DNA of 64,000 nucleotides. It comes from Anaerocolumna sp. Its GTDB lineage: Bacteria > Bacillota > Clostridia > Lachnospirales > Lachnospiraceae. This document shows, one piece after another, positions 49,835-58,899 of this stretch. The notes beneath the pieces are model-generated. The model was not told the origin of the DNA and ran no database searches. It saw nothing but the letters and a program-made list of their open reading frames with translations. The translations under genes and the position numbers were made by a program. The stretch is from positions 30,838 to 94,837 of the forward strand of contig JAQSYR010000001.1 of NCBI GenBank assembly GCA_029256035.1, written 5' to 3'. Position 1 is the first letter of the stretch, and each line of letters opens with the position of its first letter.

Positions 49835-50338
49835 CTATACTGTTAATAGTTCACATATCCATGTACTTCTGTCTTTACAATCAACTAGTTTTGTGTAATA
49901 TTTTCCTGTTCTTTTATCATGTGCATATTGTGAAGTATAACTTCCTGTATACATTTCAGACATACAAAACATTTCAACATTATTGTGTGTAGTCCAACAA
50001 ATAGGAGGTAACACGTTTAAAGAATCTTCAAATTGATCCGCTGTAACTTCTGTTAGTTCTCCATCAAGTAAATGTTTTCTTTCTGCTTCTTTGAATTGTT
50101 CATAAGTCATTAGCTTACAACCGGATTCAACCTTTTTAGTAATTGCCTTTACTTGATTTTCCCAATACTCACCACCATAATTTTCTAAGTGACTTGTTAC
50201 AAGTTTTAGTTCATCTTGATAATATTTATTTCCTCTTGCTTCCGCTTCTGCTACTGATTCACCATTGATTAAAAAATCATAAACTTTAATGCTTGCCATT
50301 TCCACGATTACAAAATCATAATTATAATTATTTTCCAT
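49835..50338 (-). CDS. DUF1419-like protein
   Basis: EVT.DQF...LNVLPP..W...F.MSE.YTG motif (family recalled, not searched). Confidence 0.6.
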   Translation of the reverse strand: MENNYNYDFVIVEMASIKVYDFLINGESVAEAEARGNKYYQDELKLVTSHLENYGGEYWENQVKAITKKVESGCKLMTYEQFKEAERKHLLDGELTEVTADQFEDSLNVLPPICWTTHNNVEMFCMSEMYTGSYTSQYAHDKRTGKYYTKLVDCKDRSTWICELLTV

Positions 50339-50449
50339 TCTTAATTCCTCCATTTTATAATTGATTGTTTATAGTTACTATTTAATACTTATTCATGCAC
50401 ACTATAACGTGTATTATTATCTTTATAATGTGCATAGTAAATATTAAAA

Positions 50450-51139
50450 TCAACAAGCGTATTTTCCTAGTGTGGTTTCTTCTACTGTATCAATCCAATT
50501 TTCTGAATCGGTACGAATAGACCAATGTTTATTATATCCGTTGAAGTGTCTTAATAAGTGTAATAGGTGTTTATCTTTGTCATCTACCCACAATGAAAAG
50601 TTTGGGTATTGTTTACCTTCTGATTTTTCTAAATTATAGAAATGATTTTCAATTTCTCTTCGTGCTTCATTTAATTCTTTGTTGTAAATGAATTCATCCC
50701 CATAATGAAAAGCTAAAAATGTATTTCTAGTTTCTTTTGTTGTATCTGCAAAAACTCTATAACCTGATAACCAGTCTAAAACCTCAATGTCGTCAAAAGA
50801 ACAATTACAATTTTCATTAATAAATTTTAATATACCATCATATGAATATGAAAAATGTCTATTATTCTCAATATTTATACGGTTACTGTTTTCATCATCA
50901 ATTTTTTGATTATCTGTTATATAATGACAAGAATCAATAAATCCGATTGCTTCACCTATTTCATAACCTTCAAACCTTTTATATTTCTTTAAATCATCCA
51001 TTGTCTTTTCTGCCCCAGAAAGTTCAACATATACTTTTTTACCATCGTTATTTGTGAAAGCTGTTCTGATTCTGCAATTTGATATTTCTCCTCTGTTAGT
51101 ATTTTCACATCCTGCACCTTCAAAATATAATGTTTTCAT
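50450..51139 (-). CDS. conserved phage protein
   Basis: 229 aa; LYFEGAG...NCRIRTAFTN. Confidence 0.75.
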   Translation of the reverse strand: MKTLYFEGAGCENTNRGEISNCRIRTAFTNNDGKKVYVELSGAEKTMDDLKKYKRFEGYEIGEAIGFIDSCHYITDNQKIDDENSNRINIENNRHFSYSYDGILKFINENCNCSFDDIEVLDWLSGYRVFADTTKETRNTFLAFHYGDEFIYNKELNEARREIENHFYNLEKSEGKQYPNFSLWVDDKDKHLLHLLRHFNGYNKHWSIRTDSENWIDTVEETTLGKYAC

Positions 51140-51168
51140 TTTAAAATCCTCCTACATGATTATTATTA

Positions 51169-51339
51169 TTATTTGTTTTTAACTCCTGTTTTCTGTTCAA
51201 TTAATTCAATGATAAAATCTTTTATCGTCTTTTCTTCTTCTGTGGCTTGTATTTTAATCTTTTTATAAAAATCATTGTTCACTTTAAAACTAATTCCGAT
51301 TTCTGATTTACGTTGCTGTTTAACTGTTGCGTTTGTCAT
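51169..51339 (-). CDS. ribbon-helix-helix-like protein (56 aa, not in ORF track)
   Basis: ISFKVNNDFYKKIKIQATEEEKTIKDFIIELIE; own promoter at 51366-51394. Confidence 0.7.
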   Translation of the reverse strand: MTNATVKQQRKSEIGISFKVNNDFYKKIKIQATEEEKTIKDFIIELIEQKTGVKNK

Positions 51340-51418
51340 GTATTTAATACCTCCTTACACTTAATAGTTTACTATATTACTAGTTAAATGTCAATAGTTT
51401 GTCTATTATTATTTGTTC

Positions 51419-51616
51419 TTAATATAATGATTTAGCATAATCATGTACATTGAATAATTGAAGTTTTTCTAGTGGTATAAATGTGTGAGAATGTTTTAAG
51501 TATACTCCAGTCTCTTCGTCATCAAAACAACTGATATAATTACAAATATTCTTGTCTTCCTTGTGTTGTACCATTTTATTATCTTCAAATGCTTTCTTTG
51601 CTTCTTTTAAATTCAT
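51419..51616 (-). CDS. hypothetical protein
   Basis: 65 aa ORF with RBS. Confidence 0.7.
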   Translation of the reverse strand: MNLKEAKKAFEDNKMVQHKEDKNICNYISCFDDEETGVYLKHSHTFIPLEKLQLFNVHDYAKSLY

Positions 51617-51714
51617 GTTAAGACCTCCTATATAATTAATACTATCATTAACAGTTTCAATGCTTACGGAGTGATACCGATTATTTGAGCCGATACCCTA
51701 CCATAAATACCAAA

Positions 51715-52080
51715 CTATTTATTATTGTATTCCTCTAGTTTCTGTGATATGAAATCTTTTATCTTTTCCTTTTCTGTGTTATATCCTCGTAAATCAATTT
51801 TGCCATGATTCATATATGACAAGCTAAACATACCATTTAAATCGGTATTTTCTAAAAAACATACATAATCTTTGTATTGATCGTTGTTTGCGTCTTTTGG
51901 AAGTTTATTGTTATACTCGTTTGATTCATGTGTATATATCATTACTGTGTTATTATCTTTCTTATCGGCGTGATAATCAGGATAGAACACTACTAAATTT
52001 AATTCGTTACATATTTCTTTTATTACTTGCTGCTGTTTCTTGTAATTTAGATCTAAGTTTGTTGTATAATTTCTATTCAT
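51715..52080 (-). CDS. hypothetical protein
   Basis: 121 aa ORF with RBS. Confidence 0.75.
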   Translation of the reverse strand: MNRNYTTNLDLNYKKQQQVIKEICNELNLVVFYPDYHADKKDNNTVMIYTHESNEYNNKLPKDANNDQYKDYVCFLENTDLNGMFSLSYMNHGKIDLRGYNTEKEKIKDFISQKLEEYNNK

Positions 52081-52105
52081 TGTTAAGCCCTCCTATTTTT
52101 GATTG

Positions 52106-52243
52106 TTATTTACTTTCTTTTAAATCTTTCTCAACTAATTTGATAATATAATCTTTAATTGTCAAGTCTTCCGTTGCTACTTTAATTTTGATTTGTTTAT
52201 ATAATCGCTCGTTAATCTTAATGTTTATTGCTTTATCTGCCAA
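52106..52243 (-). CDS. ribbon-helix-helix-like protein (45 aa, not in ORF track)
   Basis: INIKINERLYKQIKIKVATEDLTIKDYIIKLVE; promoter at 52295-52323. Confidence 0.7.
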   Translation of the reverse strand: MADKAINIKINERLYKQIKIKVATEDLTIKDYIIKLVEKDLKESK

Positions 52244-52370
52244 TGTGAGAACCTCCTTTAATGCTGTTTAACTGTTCTGTTTATCTCTACTATTATATTA
52301 CTACATATAAAGTTATTTGTCAACATTTATTTGTAGTTTTGTAGTTAATAAGTTATCCTATTGAAGTGAT

Positions 52371-52706
52371 TTAAAATAAATCATCAAGTGTATAATAAGT
52401 AACTTTGTTTAAATATCCATAACCATCTAAAACAGACTTTATTCCTTCAACCGTAATATAATTGCTTTCATCTTCGTCAAGTGAAAACATATGAAGACTA
52501 CCTGCACATATTTCATTCCCAAGTATAATTATTTCATGTGTCAATATTTCTTTCTTTGTTATAAATAAATTAGAATTAATGTCTCCTGTTTCATCCGTTA
52601 CAAATATATTAACTTGCTGATCTTCTGCTATATCCAAATATAAATCAAAAAGTGTTTGAGCCATTTCGTCAATCGTTTCCAATTCTGCATTGTTTACCAT
52701 TATCAT
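52371..52706 (-). CDS. hypothetical acidic protein
   Basis: ATG after GGAGG. Confidence 0.7.
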   Translation of the reverse strand: MIMVNNAELETIDEMAQTLFDLYLDIAEDQQVNIFVTDETGDINSNLFITKKEILTHEIIILGNEICAGSLHMFSLDEDESNYITVEGIKSVLDGYGYLNKVTYYTLDDLF

Positions 52707-52747
52707 ACTGTTATAACCTCCATTTTTTTTAATATTATGCTTATTTA

Positions 52748-52812
52748 CCGACTTGGAACGGTTAGGCATTGCCTAGTGCATTACTACCCTATGTAAGCGG
52801 TAGTCCTCTGCA
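52748..52812 (-). ncRNA. twister ribozyme, circularly permuted (P5-type)
   Basis: UGCAGAGGA-CUACC..GGUAG-UAAUGCAC-hairpin-CCGUUCCAAGUCGG; P1, P2, P4 and both pseudoknots (UCC/GGA, AC/GU) pair. Confidence 0.8.
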
Positions 52813-52815
52813 TGA

Positions 52816-53559
52816 TTATTTTATCTCATGAATTAAAGTTCTAAAATGATAGCATTGTATATTGTAACCGCCTGCACCTATTGTATTAACACTTGCTTTC
52901 CCTCTAGTGCCTATAATGTAGCCGTTTAGATTGTCGTTTGTGTCAACTGTTAGATAACTTGCATCGGTAATAGTTCCGACTATTTCGTTTGTCTTTTCGA
53001 TAATATAATCATATTTACGGTTATATTCTTGCTTTAAATCTGATATCATTGTTTCGTGCCATTCTTTTTCGCCGTGGTCAAATTGTGTTATATGTCTCCA
53101 TGACGTTTGGAATGTCTTTCTATACTCTTTGTGATTCTTTTCGATTTCGTTTCTTTCTTCTTTTGTCGTGTCGTGTCTTTTTGAATTAAACCAATTACAA
53201 TAATCTCTATCGTGCTGATAATAATCTTGTAAAGCAATGTTATACTTTTCTTTTTCTGCTGTGTAAAATTCAATATTACGTTGTAGCCATGCATCCAAAA
53301 ATTGTGTTATTGCTAATACATTACGGCTGTTTGCTTTTTCGTTTGCTGTTTGTAAATCATTTTGTAATTCGTCAAGCTGTTTAATACAATAGTTCAATTC
53401 CTTTTCTGTGCTGTTTAAATCATATTCGCTATAGTAATAAGGATTTACTTGCCAATTAGATTGTTTTGCTTTTTGAATTCTTTCAAGCTTTTTGTTTAAC
53501 TTCTCTATCTCTTTTTGTTTACCTTGAATACGCTTTGTAATAAATTCTATACTTGCCAT
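52816..53559 (-). CDS. conserved phage coiled-coil protein
   Basis: C-terminal TIGAGGYNIQCYHFR motif. Confidence 0.75.
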   Translation of the reverse strand: MASIEFITKRIQGKQKEIEKLNKKLERIQKAKQSNWQVNPYYYSEYDLNSTEKELNYCIKQLDELQNDLQTANEKANSRNVLAITQFLDAWLQRNIEFYTAEKEKYNIALQDYYQHDRDYCNWFNSKRHDTTKEERNEIEKNHKEYRKTFQTSWRHITQFDHGEKEWHETMISDLKQEYNRKYDYIIEKTNEIVGTITDASYLTVDTNDNLNGYIIGTRGKASVNTIGAGGYNIQCYHFRTLIHEIK

Positions 53560-53671
53560 GCTTATTCCTCCATATAATATTATTTTTATTACTGTTAGTG
53601 GTTTATTGACGGTTTGCACGTCTACAGCCTAATATCACTAAACCGATTCAATTCTTAATTTTATCGACTGT

Positions 53672-53938
53672 TTATTCAATTCCTAAAAAGAATTTGTAGC
53701 CTTCTGTAAATTGTTCTATTAGTTCCTTATTAGTAGAATGATTTTTACTTTCTGGGATACGTTCACTGTTTATCATATCCGATAATTCTTGAATAGTTAT
53801 ATCGTTTTCCCATAAGATAAAATCGTCACAATAAGAATCCATGATTAAGTCTAACAATTGTATATTGTTTTTATCTTCTGTTACTTCTGAAATACTACTA
53901 TCGTAAATGATGTTAATTAACTTTTGTCGTAAATCCAT
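53672..53938 (-). CDS. hypothetical protein
   Basis: 88 aa ORF with RBS. Confidence 0.7.
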   Translation of the reverse strand: MDLRQKLINIIYDSSISEVTEDKNNIQLLDLIMDSYCDDFILWENDITIQELSDMINSERIPESKNHSTNKELIEQFTEGYKFFLGIE

Positions 53939-53986
53939 GTTTATTCCCTCTACTTTCTTGATAAAATGTTAGTTTTGTTTACTGGT

Positions 53987-54208
53987 TTAATGCCATTTAT
54001 GATTGATTATTTTTTCTTGTTCTTCTTGTAACTTATTTTCACATGCAGTTTTTTGACTTTCGTCGAGTTCGTCTTGATATGCTTTAATTGTTTGACCGCC
54101 AAAAGTTGGGAACTTTATTAATTTACTACCGTCTTTGTATGTCTTAATTATTTCGTATTCTCTACCAGATAAATGTAAATTAATTATACTATAATAAAGT
54201 TTTTTCAT
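53987..54208 (-). CDS. hypothetical protein
   Basis: 73 aa ORF with RBS. Confidence 0.7.
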   Translation of the reverse strand: MKKLYYSIINLHLSGREYEIIKTYKDGSKLIKFPTFGGQTIKAYQDELDESQKTACENKLQEEQEKIINHKWH

Positions 54209-55227
54209 AGGACTATCCTTTCTGTTTTATTGTTAATTGTTTATTTACTGTTTACCTGATTCTTGTAAGTTATAACTAAATCTGTATTACTATTACCTAT
54301 TGCGTTAGCTAAATCAAGTTTGTTTATTTTATCTTGTAAAAATAATCTGATTAAGTCAGCATTTCCAGTTTCATTAATTAAATCTAAAAAAGTCATGTTA
54401 TAACCTCTTTTCTGTTAAATATAATTGATTGTTAATAGTTACAATGTAAATATTTATACTAGCAACATAATACAAACTGTTTACCAGATTTTCAAATACA
54501 ATTATTTTGCAATTCATTGTAAGGTTAGATTTTATTACTACTAAGGTTGAGTACTAGTCTCGCCGTTCGTTTTTATTCTGTTATACTGTATTTGCTAATT
54601 GTATTATATAGTTTCTGTTTAACTGTTTTTTGTTACTAGCATAGTATAAATACACTGTTAATTGTTGCTGTTATTGTTATTACTTTTTGTACCAACTGTT
54701 AGTAGTTAACTGTTATTGTTAGCTTTTAACGTGCTATAGTCATATTTTAGATTATATTAGCTATGGACTGACTATATATTTCCATACAGTTTCTAGTACT
54801 GTAAGACATTTTATTTGACTTGTCAATGTGCAAGAGCCTATTCGGTCTATAGGACTTATTGTTAATGGGTTACTTTAAAGATAAAAGCCGTCTAGGAAAT
54901 TGAATCCTATTTGTAGATATGCACCATGCAACGGCTAGTGTATTATGCTAAATATTTACTTATGTTAATTGTATCTTCTAAATCTGATAAACGGCTATTC
55001 ATTGCAATTTCTATATCTTGTGCATTAAGTCCGATTGATTGTAAATCTGCTTTAATTTGTGATTGTATTTCTTGTGATAAAGTTGAAATGTATTGAGTTT
55101 TCATGGTGAATACCTCCTATTAGGTGATTGGTTTATGGGTTACTGTTTGTTACTAATGGACTTGTGACACTTTGCAGTCGTTCATGCACGCTTGACGTGT
55201 AGTCCTTTGTTTGATTATTATTATCTA

Positions 55228-55503
55228 TTATTCATTGTTGTTATTCTCTAAAATATATTTTATTCTTTTTGCCCAGTTTTTAATTTCTAGTTGTGCAGTT
55301 TTTTGTTCATACTCTGTTTTACTTTGCATATTATCCTTAATCCGTTTTATCTGTTCTAAACAATACATAGTGTCTTCATTTTCTGCTATTTCTATAATAT
55401 CTTTAATTGTCATTGCATTGCACTTCCTTTCTAAATGTCTAATATTATTATCATATACCGCTTGTAAATCTGCCATAGTTTCAATTATGAATATCTTGCC
55501 TAT
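55228..55503 (-). CDS. hypothetical protein (first gene of left arm)
   Basis: GGGAGG then in-frame ATA at 55503 (ATG alternative 55476). Confidence 0.65.
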   Translation of the reverse strand: MGKIFIIETMADLQAVYDNNIRHLERKCNAMTIKDIIEIAENEDTMYCLEQIKRIKDNMQSKTEYEQKTAQLEIKNWAKRIKYILENNNNE

Positions 55504-56041
55504 TAGTATAACCTCCCATCTAACCTATCTTTCTAATACTATTTTAATATTAATATGTGTCAAAATTATGTCAAATATACATTGTGTATATTATTATTTA
55601 CGTTTATTACTTATAAATAGGCATGATTATATTAATTATACTTATTAATGGTAAATACTATATATAGCGGTTATTATAGGTTTATTGATTGATATTATAC
55701 TATATATTGTATCTTTATTGTCTGACAATTGTATGATATAATGGCATATATTCGCTATTATCAGTTAACTTAGATAACTTATAAAAAGGTATTAGAGTAT
55801 GGATAAATAGTAAAGTGGCTGTATGAGGCTATTAAGTGGTTATAACGGTATATTATTATTTGTGATTATGCGATGGATATATTAATTCCTATTTAATTCC
55901 TATTATATTAGTGTGACATATGTAGTATTGGAAACTATGTATAACAGTTTATTATGTGATATGATATAGATATTAATATTGTATTATGTGAAGTGGTATG
56001 ATATTTTATGCAATGGAATGAATAAATATTCTATCAACAAT

Positions 56042-56116
56042 TGTGGATATATTGTGGATAACTATGTGGATAACTTTTATATTATGTTGATAACTTTGTG
56101 GATGGAATGTGGATAG
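56042..56116. promoter_or_regulatory. cluster of DnaA boxes
   Basis: TGTGGATAA at 56053 and 56065; 1-2 mismatch copies at 56042, 56085, 56097, 56108, all in the same orientation. Confidence 0.75.
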
Positions 56117-57106
56117 ATTTTATTTACTACTAAGTGATACAGAGTAGCTAATTCGAACTGGTATCATTATTCTATCATAATTATGATATATTGATAGTGC
56201 CAGATTATACTGCCAATTTATTACCTTTACACCTATAACATAATACTTTATTGCCATATTATCCCATTGTATCAATTTATATCTACCAGATTATACAATA
56301 TGTAATTAATTTACTATTCATTGATAATTCGATAAAATGTAAGACTATAGAATTATACATCTAAAAGCCTTGATTCTATGCTATTCATATATTCCATAGT
56401 AATATAGTATGATATAATCAATATAGACAATGGGGGACTAGTTTACATTTATAACCAAATACCGGTTGCCGGATAATGCCCTATCTATTACATCCACATC
56501 TAGACATCTAAAATTTTTATCGAAGCACAATTTTAATAAAAACGTTCTAAATTCATCTAAAATGGTTCGGTAGTCGCTTCGGTAGAATGCCCATTTTAAG
56601 CCATTTATTTTAATTTCAACATCACAAAATTAGTGTATTTTTATCCATTTTTACATTTAAAATCGCTACACTCATTGATTTTACTACATTATATCGAATT
56701 AACCCCATTTTCACATAAATCGCACCAATTTACACTAACATAATATCCAATCTAAACAGCCAATATATTATCTAAACACTACTAAAATAAGCACTTTGAG
56801 CCAATATAATAACCACTATAATCGAATCTCATCGAAGTATATGTAAAATTAACCATCAAAAATCAAACTAACAATAGTAGTAGGGGTATATTAAACATTA
56901 ATCACATAATCCACTTTACCAGATACTACCTACCATGATATTCAATTGAAAATATTCCATTATAGATGAATAATCATCAAATATTCACTCTACAGGTTAT
57001 ATTAATATCCTATCATCCTAATTTTATCATCACTATATCAATAAATGACACCATAAATAATATAAAATATCTCATATCCTTCTATTCTCATCATATCCAT
57101 TCAATT

Positions 57107-57485
57107 ATCACCCTTGTATTATTCTCTAACAATCTTATATAGCCACTCTAACATCAAATAGGATAACTAATATACCTATAATAATAAACTGCCTTTAAAA
57201 CGTTTCCACAGAATAAAAATTAAATAACATCAATATTAACCTATATCAACTAACCTATAATAAATCATTACACTAAGCAATCAAATGCAATAATTACAAA
57301 TTTATGTACCATTACTTTAACATTTATCTCAAATATTTATAATTATCTCAATCTACACTAAAATTAACTTATAATCACCCTTGTATTTCTTTGTAGGAAT
57401 TCTGTAGAGCCATTTAAACATATCAGACGATATAATTTTATACCTATAAAAATATAATGGCTTAAAACAATTACCACAGAATAAA
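57107..57485 (+). repeat. ~110-bp degenerate direct repeat (2 copies)
   Basis: 57107-57217 and 57374-57485 share ATCACCCTTGTATT...AGCCA...TATACCTATAA...TTAAAAC...CCACAGAATAAA. Confidence 0.75.
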
Positions 57486-57674
57486 TTTTTAAAAAATATA
57501 GAATAACTTGTGTTAGATAATAATCATACTACTATTTGGATTCCGTCAGGAAGACAAATAAAAATATATAACTAGAGCCAGAAAATTAAGTCAACATTAG
57601 TCAGTAAACTTGAGCCAATATAAATTGATCTAATTGAGACGGATACAACTAATATACATTATAAAATTTTATTA

Positions 57675-57722
57675 CAAATAATAATAAACAATATTGACAG
57701 ATGATAATTCATATGTTAAAAT
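57675..57722 (+). promoter_or_regulatory. sigA promoter of the right arm with upstream operator
   Basis: CAAATAATAATAAACA 57675-57690; TTGACA 57694-57699; 17 bp; TG-TAAAAT 57717-57722. Confidence 0.8.
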
Positions 57723-58110
57723 GAAACAAGTTATATGTGACACGACTTAAATCTAAACGAAAATTGAAATTATAATCTATTGCAGATAATAATAGACACA
57801 GAATAAATATATAAACTATTTTATCAGAAAGGAGACTTAATATGAAACGAGAAATTAATACTAACACAAACTTATTAAAAGAAACAAATCATACTAACAA
57901 GAAAATATTATCTATACCACCATAAATTAACTATGCAAAAATACAACAATAAGTTGCGTAAGCAATAAGTAATCTCTTGTTTATTTGTATATCTTGTTTA
58001 GGAGTGTATCAAAAGTGCCACTTTGAGTGTACCTAAATTAAAAATTTTTTGAATATTGCACCTTGGCGAGTGTACTAAAGTTAAAATTACTAGAAAGGAG
58101 GTATAACCAT

Positions 58111-58896
58111 ATTAGCTACATATTAGTACCAAAAGAATTAATCTATAATACTGATATAAATGAAAAAAGAATCTCCGTGTATTCATACTTTGCATCTAAG
58201 CAGGGGCTTGATGATACTGTTGGATTTAGCTGCAATAATATAGTTGAATGGTGTGGTCACAAAAAAGACTATCATAAAAATAAAATAAATGAGCAAGTAA
58301 CATCAGTAATAGCTAGCTTAGAAGACTTATCTTACATAAAAGTAAAAGGAACTATATCTGCAGATATGTTTAGTGTTGCAGAATTAGATATGAGTAAATT
58401 CTGTCCTGACACACAATTTGCATTAATTTATTTTGACGAGATTAAGAAGATTAAAGATTTTAAGAAGTACACAAAAGACACAAGCAAAATGAATACTGCT
58501 TTTCTACTATTAACATTATCTTATATAAGGACAAACATGCTACGTAGGCAAGATGGATATATTGGAGATAAATCTAGTAAACCTGAATTTTGCTATCGTA
58601 TGTACATAGATATTGAAAAAGATATAGGATTGAGTGGTCGTTATATATCACGATCAGTAAAAATATTAAACGAATTAGATATTTTGGTGTCACAAGAATT
58701 GCCAAGATATCAGGATGATGATGGGAATTGGCATACTGAAGTAACTATGTTTGTAAATAAATACAGATATAAAAGAAATAGAATAGATAAAGAATATGAC
58801 TACCAACAGGAACTACAATGGGGAAAAGAATATATACAAGAAAAGAAATATTTAAGTAAAAAATTTGATCAAAGCACGGAAAGAAAGGTAAAATAA
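58111..58896 (+). CDS. putative Rep-like winged-HTH protein
   Basis: VPKELIY...SVYSYF N-terminus and IEKDIGLSGRYISRSVKILNELDIL HTH; AGGAGG + ATT start at 58111 (track start TTG 58063). Confidence 0.6.
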   Translation: MSYILVPKELIYNTDINEKRISVYSYFASKQGLDDTVGFSCNNIVEWCGHKKDYHKNKINEQVTSVIASLEDLSYIKVKGTISADMFSVAELDMSKFCPDTQFALIYFDEIKKIKDFKKYTKDTSKMNTAFLLLTLSYIRTNMLRRQDGYIGDKSSKPEFCYRMYIDIEKDIGLSGRYISRSVKILNELDILVSQELPRYQDDDGNWHTEVTMFVNKYRYKRNRIDKEYDYQQELQWGKEYIQEKKYLSKKFDQSTERKVK

Positions 58897-58899
58897 ATT

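Larger units (their letters stand above)
262..53978. repeat. Dispersed 18-bp imperfect palindrome AT(A/C)AA(A/T)-N6-(T/A)TT(T/G/C)AT at ~48 gene junctions
   Basis: e.g. 620-637 ATAAAA acattg TTTCAT; 2200-2217 AACAAA tcgtcg TTTGTT; 19742-19759 ATAAAA tacaac TTTTAT; 38784-38801 ATAAAA tagtta TTTTAT; 41085-41102 ATCAAA tttaag TTTCAT. Confidence 0.85.

Noticed and set aside
262-53978. CRISPR array interpretation of the dispersed repeats
   Set aside because: Repeats are short, degenerate and separated by whole genes; no constant-length spacers or cas operon (12150-13319 is a replication-linked nuclease)
54886-54936. tRNA gene
   Set aside because: Only ~51 nt; acceptor-like stem and T-like loop but no anticodon/D arms or CCA
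252-55648. Plus-strand ORFs in the left arm (and minus-strand ORFs at 58.8-62.1 kb)
   Set aside because: Antisense shadows of real genes: no RBS and Ile/Leu/Ser/Phe-biased composition
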